From the NCBI GenBank assembly GCA_050942825.1, contig JBMNOA010000004.1, positions 357 to 64,356 on the forward strand: DNA of 64,000 bases. The letters are read 5' to 3'. The position numbers and the translations under genes were made by a program. Numbering within the stretch: position 1 is the stretch's first letter; each line of letters starts with the position of its first letter. The notes beneath the pieces were generated by a model that saw only the letters and a program-made list of their open reading frames with translations, did no database searches and was not told the origin of the DNA. Positions 46,642-56,871 of this stretch are shown here, in pieces. The stretch is from Bacillota bacterium. GTDB taxonomy: Bacteria > Bacillota > Dehalobacteriia > UBA4068.

Positions 46642-47625
46642 CTATTCTGAATCCGATTCTGAATCTGACCCTAATTCTAATTTTTGCAAATTAGCATCCA
46701 AAACATATTCCAGGGTTCCAGGCCCCTTATTGCGGGAGAAAAAAGCGATCCTGTCAAAAGCTTTTTCTGCCAAAAGATTAGCTAATACGGGTCTTTTCAG
46801 CAGATCATCCTTATCCGATCCATGAGCGCTGGCGATAATAATCACCCCTGCATTGGCCACCTCCCTAATAGCATAAGCATCTTCTTCACGGCCAATCTCA
46901 TCACATATGATTATTTCCGGCGACATGGAACGAATCATCAGCATCATGCCTTCCGCTTTGGGACAGGCATCCAAGACATCACTGCGCGGACCAATAGGGA
47001 ACTGCGGCTTGCCCTTTAGCATAGCAGCCAGTTCTGACCTCTCGTCCACTATACCGACGTTGAATCCTCTAATGGAGAATTGCCGTGCCAGATCACGCAA
47101 AATAGTTGTTTTGCCTGCCCTGGGCGGGCTGACTAGAAGAGTAGGATAAGGCAGCGAAGGATCTTTGCCATGACAGATCAACGGTAATATTTGATCGGCC
47201 GTACCCGGTATCCAGCGGGCCAAACGAATGTTGATACTGGAAATTTCTGTCAGATGTTTGATATATCCGTTCTCCAACACAGCCCGTCCGCATAATCCTG
47301 CTCGATGACCACCCGTTAAAGTTATATAGCCCCGGCGTAATTCTTCCGCCATAGCGTAAAAGGAACTATTAGATAACAAAAGTACTGCTTGATGCATTTC
47401 CTCCATACTAAAGGCCTCTCCTTCGGAAGCTTTGCTACTGCATTTGCCCTCCGAGGTCAAAAAATATTCTCCTCGATGAAAACGCAAAGCTACCGGTAGT
47501 CCGTTGCGCAAACGGATCTCTTCTAATTCATCCAATAAGGGCGGACTTAATCTGGTGATTTTTTTACGTAGTTTTTCCGGCAGATAAGGTAGGATCTCAT
47601 CCAAACCCACTTTTTTGATTGGCAA
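46642..47625 (-). CDS. spoIIIAA: Stage III sporulation protein AA (ATPase)
   Basis: LEEIRLR, GGHRAG.CG, SPPRAGKTT.LRD, DERSE, CPKAEGM...IRSMSPE..DEIG; TTG start inferred from the GGGGG RBS. Confidence 0.95.
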   Translation of the reverse strand: MPIKKVGLDEILPYLPEKLRKKITRLSPPLLDELEEIRLRNGLPVALRFHRGEYFLTSEGKCSSKASEGEAFSMEEMHQAVLLLSNSSFYAMAEELRRGYITLTGGHRAGLCGRAVLENGYIKHLTEISSINIRLARWIPGTADQILPLICHGKDPSLPYPTLLVSPPRAGKTTILRDLARQFSIRGFNVGIVDERSELAAMLKGKPQFPIGPRSDVLDACPKAEGMMLMIRSMSPEIIICDEIGREEDAYAIREVANAGVIIIASAHGSDKDDLLKRPVLANLLAEKAFDRIAFFSRNKGPGTLEYVLDANLQKLELGSDSESDSE

Positions 47626-47651
47626 TTTAAACAAGCCCCCTTTTACTTCTT

Positions 47652-47684
47652 TATGAGATTTTATTAATGAGGGACGAGTATTAG
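47652..47684 (-). promoter_or_regulatory. Possible SigE-type promoter of spoIIIA
   Basis: TTCTAAT-ACTCGTCCCTCATT(14)-AATAAAAT; spacing and the GTCCC spacer resemble SigE promoters; weak match. Confidence 0.3.
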
Positions 47685-47741
47685 AACCCGTCTGACGAAA
47701 AAAAACGCCGAATATAGGGCGCTTTTTGGGGGTAAAAACAT

Positions 47742-47768
47742 AAAAAAGCAAGGACCGCAGTCCTTGCT
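47742..47768 (-). terminator. Terminator after efp-CD1247
   Basis: AGCAAGGAC-cgca-GTCCTTGCT followed by U6 on the minus strand. Confidence 0.8.
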
Positions 47769-47809
47769 CTCAAATCTTTTATATGGAATATAATAATTAG
47801 ATTATATTA

Positions 47810-48265
47810 TTATTCTTTTTTCTCATCGTCATCGTCATCATCGTCATTATCGTCTTGACAGCCACAGGTGCAAAATTCCTCATCATCTTCATTATCTTCT
47901 TCATCATTGACAAAGACTACGGCACCGCAAGAAGGACAAACGACTTCGATTAGATCTTCATCATAAACAATATCATCATCGAAAAAGACTTCTTCTCCAC
48001 AATTGGGACAAATAACCTCTACAAAATCATCCTCATCATCTTCTTCTAAATAAATATCATCTTCCAGATCGGCTAGATCACTATCGAGATTTTCGACATA
48101 ATCCGCTAAATCATCCTGTTCTTCTTGAAGGCAGGCGATATAATCGGCCATATCATCCAAAACTTCCAAAATGCCCACAATCACCTTGCCCTCCGAGGTT
48201 TTGTCCAAATTCATACCCGCGGACAAACCTTGTAAATAGGATATTTGTTGTTGTAAATCTTTCAT
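47810..48265 (-). CDS. CD1247-like acidic zinc-ribbon protein
   Basis: ISYLQGL..G......EGK; CPNCG..CPSCG; Asp/Glu-rich tail. Confidence 0.75.
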   Translation of the reverse strand: MKDLQQQISYLQGLSAGMNLDKTSEGKVIVGILEVLDDMADYIACLQEEQDDLADYVENLDSDLADLEDDIYLEEDDEDDFVEVICPNCGEEVFFDDDIVYDEDLIEVVCPSCGAVVFVNDEEDNEDDEEFCTCGCQDDNDDDDDDDEKKE

Positions 48266-48336
48266 TACGTTACCTCCTCTCATTATTCACATAAGGAATA
48301 ACATGCTATTTATTATATACAAATTTTATAGAATTA

Positions 48337-48894
48337 TTATGCTCTTTCGATATATTCGCCGGTTTTGGTATTGATACGCAAAACATCTCCAACATTGATA
48401 AAAAAAGGTACGCGCACAACATAACCAGTTTCTAAAGTAGCGGGTTTATTACCGCCGGATGCAGTATCACCTTTGATACCGGGCTCCGTTTCAATTACTT
48501 TCAATTCTACCTGACCGGGCATATCAACACCCATGATATTGCCCTTGAAGAAAAGCACGGAAAGAATCATATTTTCTTTGAGGTAATTTTTACCATCGCC
48601 GATTTGTTCTTCAGATAAATTAAGTTGTTCATAATTTTCCATATCCATGACCACATATGCCTCACCGTCATGATACAGGTATTGCATTTCCCTTCTATCC
48701 AGATGGGCTTTGGGCATCTTTTCTCCTGCATTAAAGGTTTTTTCTATGACTGCACCGGTACGAACATTTCTCAATTTGGCACGCACAAAGGCAGCACCTT
48801 TACCAGGTTTAACATGTTGGAATTCTACAACTTGATAAGCATCTCCGTCTAATTCGATAGATACACCGGTTTTAAAATCATTGGACGAAATCAA
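48337..48894 (-). CDS. efp: Elongation factor P
   Basis: [24 protein letters not shown]; TTG start inferred. Confidence 0.97.
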   Translation of the reverse strand: MISSNDFKTGVSIELDGDAYQVVEFQHVKPGKGAAFVRAKLRNVRTGAVIEKTFNAGEKMPKAHLDRREMQYLYHDGEAYVVMDMENYEQLNLSEEQIGDGKNYLKENMILSVLFFKGNIMGVDMPGQVELKVIETEPGIKGDTASGGNKPATLETGYVVRVPFFINVGDVLRINTKTGEYIERA

Positions 48895-49004
48895 ATTAAT
48901 CCCCTCGCTCACAAATTAAGATTTATCTTTGATATTTTCTCTCATTTTACCATATATTGCAATTCAGAAACAACTAATAGTATCAATAAACAAATAAAAA
49001 ATAA

Positions 49005-49030
49005 AAAGGAGAGGAATAACCCTCCTTTTT
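49005..49030 (-). terminator. Terminator after rplS
   Basis: AAAAGGAGAGG/CCCTCCTTTT hairpin with an A-run (U-tract on the minus strand). Confidence 0.65.
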
Positions 49031-49374
49031 TAACGGCGGAGTTCTTTAATCCTAGCCGCCTTACCTGTAAGCTTACGCAAATAATAAAGCTTGGCGCGAG
49101 CTACTTTACCACGACGAACCACTTGTATTTTCTCAATGCGGGGTGAATGAAGAGGAAAAACTCTTTCCACACCTACGCCATAAGTTACACGACGTACTGT
49201 AAATGTTTCGTTGATGCCGCCACCTTTTCTTTTGATCACAACGCCTTCAAAAACCTGGATACGTTCTCTGGCGCCTTCGACAACCTTTACATGGACTTTT
49301 ACTGTATCTCCAGGACGAAAAGCAGGTATGTCCTTTCTGATTTGTTCACTTTCTATAGCATTGATAATGTTCAT
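49030..49374 (-). CDS. rplS: 50S ribosomal protein L19
   Basis: [34 protein letters not shown]. Confidence 0.99.
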   Translation of the reverse strand: MNIINAIESEQIRKDIPAFRPGDTVKVHVKVVEGARERIQVFEGVVIKRKGGGINETFTVRRVTYGVGVERVFPLHSPRIEKIQVVRRGKVARAKLYYLRKLTGKAARIKELRR

Positions 49375-49398
49375 TATTAAAGCTCCTCCTTTTTCATC

Positions 49399-49435
49399 GG
49401 CTGTTCATACCCAAAAGATTGGTAGCGGACCAGCC
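49399..49435 (-). ncRNA. L19 leader (cis-regulatory RNA)
   Basis: GGCUGGUCCGCU-ACC...GGU-AUGAACAGCC resembles the Firmicute L19 leader (UUCCGCU...GAACA core) and sits between the promoter and the rplS RBS. Confidence 0.65.
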
Positions 49436-49458
49436 TCAAGCATAAAAACACATATTTG

Positions 49459-49487
49459 ATTATAACACAAGGAACCGGGCACTGCAA
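49459..49487 (-). promoter_or_regulatory. rplS sigma-A promoter
   Basis: TTGCAG-17-TATAAT with an extended TG. Confidence 0.75.
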
Positions 49488-49501
49488 CTACTATATTTAT
49501 T

Positions 49502-50800
49502 TCAGCGAGATTTTTTTTCGCCTAATAATCTGTCTAGCATAATACTTGCCGCACTACGTACGGAGAGATGATTATATTGGACTCGCCCATAGATAGGACG
49601 CAGCCTAAAATCGGCCTCCTCCATTATTTCATCGGTCAATCCCCAACCTGTGCCCAATAGCAAAAGATAATTTCCGCCCTCTTGCTCCATCTGACGTCGC
49701 ATTTGGCGATAGCCGGTAGTTGCGCTATATGTTTTGGCACTGGTAGCTATGGTATACAAGGGTCCGGGATATTTTTCTTTGATATGTTCTTCTACATCGG
49801 TTATAGAATCGAGTATCTGCACTCGCGAGAGAGCTTCTTGACGATCAGGGTTATACCTGGCACCAAAACCCTGCTGCCAATGATTAAGAAGCTGAAAAAT
49901 CAGCTCTTTTTGATTATCAAGAGACTGCACAATATAGTATTGGTCAACATCATAGGTAGCACAAGTCCTGGCAATATCATGCAGATCCAAATTAGTTAAG
50001 GAAGTGTTAATAATATGCTTTTTTTTGTTATATACAGGATAATGAATTAAAGCAACAAAAATATTAAATGGTTTTTGCCGTTCTTTTTGTAATTGTTCCA
50101 GATATGCCAGATCGTCAGGAGTCAAAACAGCATCCTCCAATAGATCAGGCCTGTTTTCAAGCGTTCTTTGTAGCGATTTTCTGCGCCGCCAAGCAGCGAT
50201 TTGACTATGATTGCCGCCCAGCAACACTTCAGGGACTTCCAGGCCTTGAAAAATGGCGGGCCTGGTATATTGAGGGTATTCCAAAAGACCCTCGTTAAAA
50301 CTTTCTTCTTTGGCCGCCATTTCGTGCCCCAAAACGCCCGGCACAAGACGCGAAACGGCATCGGCTATAGCCATAGCTGGTATTTCCCCACCAGTTAAAA
50401 CAAAATCTCCAACGGAGATAATATCGGTAGCCAAAAACTCAAGAACTCTTTCATCAATACCTTCGTAATGACCGCAAATAATGATAATTTGCTCTTCCTG
50501 TGCTAGTTCTTGGGCGATCTTTTGATTAAAAGGCCGGCCTTGAGGGCTGGTAATAATAATCCTCGGCTCAGCCACCTTTTTTACCGCATCGACAGAGGAA
50601 AAAATTGGCTCCGGCTTCATAACCATGCCGGCGCCTCCACCATAGAGACGGTCATCCGTTATATGATGTTTATCCGTGGTATAATCACGAATATTAGTGA
50701 TATTTATCTCTATCAGGCCATTTTCCACAGCTCTTTTAATTATGCTTTGTTGCAGCGGGGCAAACATCTCCGGGAAAAGGGTCAAAATATCAATACGCAT
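49502..50800 (-). CDS. trmD: TrmD fused to a C-terminal Tm1570-like SPOUT methyltransferase
   Basis: aa 1-~243 TrmD ([30 protein letters not shown]); aa ~244-432 [36 protein letters not shown]. Confidence 0.92.
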   Translation of the reverse strand: MRIDILTLFPEMFAPLQQSIIKRAVENGLIEINITNIRDYTTDKHHITDDRLYGGGAGMVMKPEPIFSSVDAVKKVAEPRIIITSPQGRPFNQKIAQELAQEEQIIIICGHYEGIDERVLEFLATDIISVGDFVLTGGEIPAMAIADAVSRLVPGVLGHEMAAKEESFNEGLLEYPQYTRPAIFQGLEVPEVLLGGNHSQIAAWRRRKSLQRTLENRPDLLEDAVLTPDDLAYLEQLQKERQKPFNIFVALIHYPVYNKKKHIINTSLTNLDLHDIARTCATYDVDQYYIVQSLDNQKELIFQLLNHWQQGFGARYNPDRQEALSRVQILDSITDVEEHIKEKYPGPLYTIATSAKTYSATTGYRQMRRQMEQEGGNYLLLLGTGWGLTDEIMEEADFRLRPIYGRVQYNHLSVRSAASIMLDRLLGEKKSR

Positions 50801-50813
50801 AAGCTTTCCTCTT

Positions 50814-51326
50814 TTATAGTTCTTTATCCAGTCCAGGAGGCAATTTGACTTGCATTTTGCCCGTCTCTAAAGATATTTCTGTAATAAAGGCTTTGAGCGC
50901 AGGCAGCAATAATTCCCCTCCCGACACCTTCTCCACCACATATATATCATTGGCATTATTAGTCAGCACCTCTTTAATAACACCAAGCTTGTTTTCATCT
51001 TCATATACTTCTAGCCCTACTATCTGGAAATGATAATAATGCCCGGGAGGCAAAGGAGCTAGTTGATCTTTGGTGATTTTCAATAATGATTGTCCCAGAG
51101 CTTCGGCAGCATTTCTATCATCGATGCCAACAAATTTCAGCAACAAATTGTGCCCATGCCAAAGAGATGATTCTATCTGCATCTGTTGGGCTGTTTTTTC
51201 TACAAAAAGCAGATTACCGGCCGCGAAACGCTCGGGGAAATCACTTATACATTCTGTTTTTAGCTGGCCCTTGATGCCAAAGGCTCCCAGTATTTTTCCT
51301 ACTGTTATTTCATACTTTTCTTTCAT
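50814..51326 (-). CDS. rimM: 16S rRNA processing protein RimM
   Basis: GKI.GAFGIKG, YY.FQIVG, ANDIYVV, LLP. Confidence 0.93.
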   Translation of the reverse strand: MKEKYEITVGKILGAFGIKGQLKTECISDFPERFAAGNLLFVEKTAQQMQIESSLWHGHNLLLKFVGIDDRNAAEALGQSLLKITKDQLAPLPPGHYYHFQIVGLEVYEDENKLGVIKEVLTNNANDIYVVEKVSGGELLLPALKAFITEISLETGKMQVKLPPGLDKEL

Positions 51327-51381
51327 TAACTCACCTTTCGGACCATTAAAGGGACGAACCACAGGCCCGCCCCCCTTATAA

Positions 51382-51608
51382 CTAATCGATCTCCAGAATG
51401 TACTTTTTGCCCTCTTTGGCAGAAGCGGATTTTAAAACAGTGCGAATCGCTTTGGCTATACGGCCTTGTTTACCGATTACTTTACCCATATCATTGGGTG
51501 CAACAGTTAGAGACAACACGATAGCGCCTTCCCTTTCACTTTCTTGCACTGTGACGGCAGTCGGATCTTCAACCAAAGATCTGGCAATATGAATTACTAA
51601 GTCTTTCA
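51382..51608 (-). CDS. khpA: KH-domain RNA-binding protein KhpA (YlqC)
   Basis: DMGKVIGKQGRIAKAIRT. Confidence 0.93.
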
Positions 51609-51658
51609 CAACAAACACCCCTTAAAGAATATCCATAATAGAATAATTCCAGAGTTTT

Positions 51659-51928
51659 CTATTTAGCCATTTCTTCGGCTCTTCTTTTAAGGATACCACT
51701 TTTTTTCATCAAATTTTTGGCAGTTTCAGAAACCTGTGCTCCGTTATTCAGCCACTTGATAGCTTTATCAGCATCGATATTGATAACAGCAGGATTTTTG
51801 GTCGGATCATAATATCCGATTTCTTCAATAAAGCGACCATCACGGGGATAGCGAGAATCAGCTACTACCACACGATAAAAAGGAGCTTTTTTACTTCCCA
51901 TTCTTTTAAGTCTGATTTTGGTTGTCAT
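51659..51928 (-). CDS. rpsP: 30S ribosomal protein S16
   Basis: [25 protein letters not shown]. Confidence 0.99.
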   Translation of the reverse strand: MTTKIRLKRMGSKKAPFYRVVVADSRYPRDGRFIEEIGYYDPTKNPAVINIDADKAIKWLNNGAQVSETAKNLMKKSGILKRRAEEMAK

Positions 51929-51963
51929 TTCTTCACCTCCTTAAAAAATTATTGAATATTTAT

Positions 51964-53304
51964 TTACATAAACGGAAATGGAGGCAAACCTCTTTTACCT
52001 TTTTTACCTTTACCCATACCGCCGCTACTAAACTGCTTCATCAATTGTTGCATTTGTTTGTGCTGCTTTAAGAGTCTGTTGACATCCTGCACTTGCCTAC
52101 CGCTGCCTCTAGCGATACGAAGTTTGCGCGATCCGGTTATCAAGGAAGGATTGGCTCTTTCTTCTTTGGTCATAGAATAGATCATAGATTCCACAATCAC
52201 CAACTGTTTATCATCCAAATCAACATTTTTCAGCTGCTTACCCATACCGGGTATCATGCCCATAACATCTTTCAAGCTGCCCATTTTACGCATACTTTGC
52301 ATCTGTTCCAGATAATCGTCAAAAGTAAATTGGGCTTTACGCATCTTTTCTTCCATTTTTTGTAATTGATCCTGATTCACAGCGGACTGAGCCTTTTCGA
52401 TCAGAGTCAAAACATCCCCCATGCCCAAGATGCGTGAGGACATGCGATCGGGATAAAAAGGCTCCAAAGATTCCAGCTTTTCACCTGTGCCCGTGAATTT
52501 TATGGGTTTTCCAGTGACGGCCTTGACGGAAAGAGCAGCACCACCTCTGGTATCACCATCCAATTTAGTTAAAACAATACCTGTAACAGCCAATTGCTCA
52601 TTAAAAGCAGCCGCTACATTAACAGCATCCTGACCAGCCATAGCATCGACTACCAAGAGTATTTCCTGCGTCTCAACAGCCTCTTTGATGGCAGTCAATT
52701 CCTGCATCAATTCTTCATTTATATGCAAACGTCCGGCTGTATCCACTATCAAATAATCATTGCCGAATTTTTTGGCATGTTCGTAAGCACCCTTGGCAAT
52801 CTCGACAGGACTAACTTGATTTCCCATGGCAAAGACGGGAATATTGGTCTTTTCTCCCAGAACCTCTAATTGCTTGATAGCAGCCGGGCGATAAATATCA
52901 GCTGCTGCCAAAAGTGGTCTTTTACCTTGTCCTTTTAGCCACAAAGCCAGCTTGCCGCTACTGGTGGTTTTACCTGCTCCCTGCAAACCTACCATCAAAA
53001 TTACTGTAGGGGGTTTGGCAGAAACAATCAGCTTAGATTGCTCAGAACCCATTAATTCCGTTAATTGCTCATGAACCATTTTGACCACTTGCTGGCCGGG
53101 AGTCAGACTGTTCAAGACTTGTGAACCAACAGCCTTTTCTTTTATTTTGGCAATAAAATCTTTAGCAACCTTGTAATTGACGTCAGCTTCCAAAAGAGCG
53201 ACCCTGATCTCTCTCATAGCTTCATTGACATCGGATTCACTGAGCTTGCCTTTGCCTTTTAACTTGCTGAAAATGCTTTGCAATCTATCGCCTAAAACAG
53301 ACAT
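51964..53304 (-). CDS. ffh: Signal recognition particle protein
   Basis: [26 protein letters not shown]; Met-rich M domain. Confidence 0.99.
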   Translation of the reverse strand: MSVLGDRLQSIFSKLKGKGKLSESDVNEAMREIRVALLEADVNYKVAKDFIAKIKEKAVGSQVLNSLTPGQQVVKMVHEQLTELMGSEQSKLIVSAKPPTVILMVGLQGAGKTTSSGKLALWLKGQGKRPLLAAADIYRPAAIKQLEVLGEKTNIPVFAMGNQVSPVEIAKGAYEHAKKFGNDYLIVDTAGRLHINEELMQELTAIKEAVETQEILLVVDAMAGQDAVNVAAAFNEQLAVTGIVLTKLDGDTRGGAALSVKAVTGKPIKFTGTGEKLESLEPFYPDRMSSRILGMGDVLTLIEKAQSAVNQDQLQKMEEKMRKAQFTFDDYLEQMQSMRKMGSLKDVMGMIPGMGKQLKNVDLDDKQLVIVESMIYSMTKEERANPSLITGSRKLRIARGSGRQVQDVNRLLKQHKQMQQLMKQFSSGGMGKGKKGKRGLPPFPFM

Positions 53305-53649
53305 TCAATCACCGTCTTTCATTACTTGCCAGCTTTGCCAAAATTGCTGCCAAAGCTGCACAGTTGGTGCTTTTTCCAGTTGTTTGGCCAAGCGCTGCAA
53401 ATCCGCTTCCTGCTGCAATCTTTGATAATATTTATCTGCCAGCGCTAATTGACTCTCATATTTTTCCAATAAGGCCTCACCGCGTTTGATCAGATCATGT
53501 ACGGCCTGCCTGCTGATATGCAAAAATTCGCCAATTTCCGCCAGGGAGAAGTCCTCCTCATAAAAAAGACGCAGAGCTTCCTGCTGCTTGGCAGTCAAAA
53601 GAACACCATAAAAATCAAATAATATCGCTATATGTGCTCTCTTGTCCAT
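53305..53649 (-). CDS. ylxM: YlxM (UPF0122, sigma-70 region 4-like HTH)
   Basis: LFDFYG.LLT.KQ...D.SL.EI....ISRQAVHD. Confidence 0.93.
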   Translation of the reverse strand: MDKRAHIAILFDFYGVLLTAKQQEALRLFYEEDFSLAEIGEFLHISRQAVHDLIKRGEALLEKYESQLALADKYYQRLQQEADLQRLAKQLEKAPTVQLWQQFWQSWQVMKDGD

Positions 53650-53695
53650 TAAAATCCATCTCCACTGACTTTTTGGGTTTTTAGTTTACCTGATT

Positions 53696-53741
53696 ATTAT
53701 ACATAAATATAATTTGGCCGTCAAGTATTTTTACTTGTCAG
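53696..53741 (-). promoter_or_regulatory. ylxM-ffh sigma-A promoter with an inverted repeat over the -35
   Basis: TTGACG-17-TATAAT; GACAAGTA-aaaa-TACTTGAC near-palindrome at 53720-53739. Confidence 0.75.
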
Positions 53742-53761
53742 ACAATCATAAACAACGGTTG

Positions 53762-53800
53762 AAAAAAGAGAGACTTTAAAAAATTTCAAAGTCTCTCTTT
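53762..53800 (-). terminator. Terminator after the amidohydrolase gene
   Basis: AAAGAGAGACTTT/AAAGTCTCTCTTT 13-bp stem with a U-tract. Confidence 0.85.
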
Positions 53801-53803
53801 AGG

Positions 53804-55108
53804 TCAAGAACAGATCCTTTTAGCTATAACAGAGGCATCAGCCATGATTTTTTCTGCATCCAGATAGAGCAATTGTCGTTTTTCCATCAGCAGTCTACCA
53901 TTGATGATAACACTATCCACATCCGCCCCCGAGGCCGCATATACCAGATGTGAAATAAGATCATTGGGCGGCATCAGATGCGGTTGGTCCAGATTTAGCA
54001 AGATCAAATCGGCCTTCATGCCCTCTTTCAGCACTCCCACATCTTCATATCCTAAAGCTTTGGCCCCGTTGAGCGTTGCCATCAGCAAGGCCTGCCCCGC
54101 CGGCAAAACAGTAGGATCAGCATTGCTGACTTTGGCCAAGAGAGCCGCTGTACGCATTTCCTGGAACATATCCAAATTATTGTTACTGCAGGCGCTATCT
54201 GTTCCGATACTGACATTGATACCATGCTCTAAAAGCTTGGCTACCGGAGCAATGCCACTGCCCAGCTTCATATTGCTGCGGGGGTTATAGGCAATACTTA
54301 TATCATGACCCAGTAAAAGCTTTATCTCATCATCATCGATAAATACGCCATGAGCAGCCAAAACTTTATTGTCCTCAAACAAGCCGATCTCAGCCATCAA
54401 TTGTACAGGTCGACGCTGATACAGTTCTTCTATCTGTGCCACTTCAGTTTGTGTTTCTGCTAAATGAATGTGGATTGGTGCAGCATATTTTTTGGCCATA
54501 GCAATCGTTCTTTTCAAATAATCCGGATTGCAGGTATAGGGCGCATGAGGACCCAGCATCACTGTAATCAGACCATCGGCTGCACCCTGCCATTTTTGCC
54601 AAAAAGCAGGGAAATCGTCTAATTTGTCATGCTGTCCTGCCCCAGGAGCTATTAAACCCTCGGAGAGCGAAGCCCTCATACCGGATTGTACTACAACTTC
54701 TGCTACATCATTCATATAAAAATACATGTCGGCAAAAGCAGTAGTTCCGGATTTTAGCATTTCTACAATAGCCAAAAGCGTTCCTTTGGCAATATCAGAG
54801 GCTGTTAATTTGGCTTCGGCCGGCCAGACACGAGTCGTGAGCCAATCCATTAACTGCATATCATCACCATAACCTCTAAAAAGACTCATTGCAGCATGAC
54901 CATGGGTATTGATCAAACCGGGCATGGCCAACAAATGGCTGCCATCAATGATTTTATCGTATTCGGACTCGTTATCGACCTTGCCAAGAGAAAATATTTT
55001 ATCATCTTTGATCATGATATCAGCCGAAAAAATTGGTTTTAGGGAGCCGTTTTGCTCCTGTTGCATAGATAAAATTGAGGCGTTTTTTATCAGAATGGAC
55101 AAATTCAT
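53804..55108 (-). CDS. mtaD: 5'-methylthioadenosine/SAH deaminase (amidohydrolase)
   Basis: HGHAAMSLFRG, HAPYTC, HLAETQTE, GTD..CSNN. Confidence 0.85.
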   Translation of the reverse strand: MNLSILIKNASILSMQQEQNGSLKPIFSADIMIKDDKIFSLGKVDNESEYDKIIDGSHLLAMPGLINTHGHAAMSLFRGYGDDMQLMDWLTTRVWPAEAKLTASDIAKGTLLAIVEMLKSGTTAFADMYFYMNDVAEVVVQSGMRASLSEGLIAPGAGQHDKLDDFPAFWQKWQGAADGLITVMLGPHAPYTCNPDYLKRTIAMAKKYAAPIHIHLAETQTEVAQIEELYQRRPVQLMAEIGLFEDNKVLAAHGVFIDDDEIKLLLGHDISIAYNPRSNMKLGSGIAPVAKLLEHGINVSIGTDSACSNNNLDMFQEMRTAALLAKVSNADPTVLPAGQALLMATLNGAKALGYEDVGVLKEGMKADLILLNLDQPHLMPPNDLISHLVYAASGADVDSVIINGRLLMEKRQLLYLDAEKIMADASVIAKRICS

Positions 55109-55908
55109 CTCTCCTTTAATGACCAATTATTACAAGCGGCTATTTTGGCGGCAGCGCAAGAACAGCCCATATTGGAATTGTTTCTTTGCTGTAATATTGC
55201 TTCCAGAATACTTTCCAGACTGTCTTTTTCATTACCCATAATATTTGATATACTCTCTACATCAAGAGCTTCCTCTTCATTCATACCGGCAGCATAATTG
55301 GCTACCACAGCCAAGGAAGCATAACAAAGACCGGCCTCTCTGGCCAGAGGAGCTTCCGGCACACCGGTCATGCCAATAAGATTCGCCCCCCATAAAGCAT
55401 AGGCTTTAATCTCTGCGGGGGTCTCAAAGCGCGGCCCCTGAGTGCACAGATATACGCCACCTGTTTTGATCTCCACAGAGCGACTTTGAGCAGCCCGCAT
55501 AATGGTTTGTCCCAAACGTGAGCAATAAGGTTCGGTCATATCTACATGATCTACCAGACCTTCAGCAGAAAAGGTACACTCCCTGCCCCAGGTATTATCA
55601 ATAAATTGCTCCAAAAGAACCAGACTGCCAGGAGACATTTCTCTGGCCAAACTGCCTACGCAGCAAAGAGATATCACCTCTTTGACACCTAACACCACCA
55701 AAGCATAAATATTGGCCCGATAATTGATCAAATGAGGGGGTACACTATGCCTCTTTCCATGACGGGGCAAAAAAACCACAGGCTGGCCGGCATAATCAGT
55801 CTGGTATACCGTGGCTTGTCCATAGGGTGTTTCCATAACATCTTCTTGCACTGATGACATCAAAGCAAACTCATAAAGACCGGTTCCGCTAATAATTCCT
55901 AACGACAT
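55105..55908 (-). CDS. MTAP-family nucleoside phosphorylase, probably methylthioinosine-specific
   Basis: IISGTG, RHG..H..PPH.INYRANI, GPRFETPAE, GMT..PE; ANYAAG where MTAP has TDYD. Confidence 0.82.
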   Translation of the reverse strand: MSLGIISGTGLYEFALMSSVQEDVMETPYGQATVYQTDYAGQPVVFLPRHGKRHSVPPHLINYRANIYALVVLGVKEVISLCCVGSLAREMSPGSLVLLEQFIDNTWGRECTFSAEGLVDHVDMTEPYCSRLGQTIMRAAQSRSVEIKTGGVYLCTQGPRFETPAEIKAYALWGANLIGMTGVPEAPLAREAGLCYASLAVVANYAAGMNEEEALDVESISNIMGNEKDSLESILEAILQQRNNSNMGCSCAAAKIAACNNWSLKER

Positions 55909-55928
55909 ATCTTCCCTCCTGTCAATTA

Positions 55929-56840
55929 CTACTCAAATAGAGCCTTGGCAAATTCTTCGGCCACAAAGGGCTGCAAATCATCGATTCCTTCTCCCACACC
56001 TATCATCCTGACAGGTAAATTACTTTCATTGACGATACCACAGACACTGCCACCCTTGGCTGTACCATCCAGTTTGGTCAAAATAACACCCGATAAGTCT
56101 ATTACCTCGCCAAACATTTTAGCCTGGGAAATTGCATTTTGCCCCGTTCCGGCATCTAAAACCAGTATTTTTTCCACATGAGCATCTCCGGCTTCTCTTG
56201 TTATAACTTTACCGATTTTCTTTAATTCTTCCATTAAATTAATTTTGTTTTGCAAACGTCCGGCTGTATCAATGATCAAGATATCTGCTTTTCGCGATAA
56301 GGCAGCTCGGCAAGCATCAAAAACGACAGCGGCAGGGTCAGCACCCTGACCTTGTTTTATCAAGTCCACGCCTGCTCTACTGGCCCATTCCTGTAGCTGC
56401 TCGGCAGCAGCAGCCCTAAAAGTATCAGCTGCAGCCAACAGTACCTTTTGACCCTGATTACTATAAGCAGCAGCTAATTTGCCGATGGTGGTGGTTTTGC
56501 CCGCTCCGTTCACTCCGACCATCACCCAAATATTGAGACGGCCTGCCACGGGCTGCAATCCTCCTGCTTGTGATTTTTGTAGCAAAGAAGTAATTTCTTC
56601 TTCCAATAATCCTTGTAAAAGTGTAGGATCGCTAATTTTTTCCCCTTTGACCCGGCAGCGCAGCTGGTCGACCAAAAAGCAAGATGTAGTCACACCGACA
56701 TCGGCTTGAATCAGAGCTTCCTCCAGTTCATCATATAAATCATCACTGATACGCTGTCCACTAAAAAGAGCGCCGACCTTGCCTAAGAGATTACCTCTGG
56801 TAGGCAACAGCCCTTTTTGCAGTTTTTCAAAAAAACCCAT
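55929..56840 (-). CDS. ftsY: SRP receptor FtsY (NG domain only)
   Basis: [37 protein letters not shown]. Confidence 0.97.
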   Translation of the reverse strand: MGFFEKLQKGLLPTRGNLLGKVGALFSGQRISDDLYDELEEALIQADVGVTTSCFLVDQLRCRVKGEKISDPTLLQGLLEEEITSLLQKSQAGGLQPVAGRLNIWVMVGVNGAGKTTTIGKLAAAYSNQGQKVLLAAADTFRAAAAEQLQEWASRAGVDLIKQGQGADPAAVVFDACRAALSRKADILIIDTAGRLQNKINLMEELKKIGKVITREAGDAHVEKILVLDAGTGQNAISQAKMFGEVIDLSGVILTKLDGTAKGGSVCGIVNESNLPVRMIGVGEGIDDLQPFVAEEFAKALFE

Positions 56841-56871
56841 ATTTTCCTCCTAAGCACTTATGATTTTCGGC

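Noticed and set aside
47810-47900. Short (CAT/CGT)n tandem repeats
   Set aside because: They simply encode the poly-Asp tail; not a CRISPR array or VNTR
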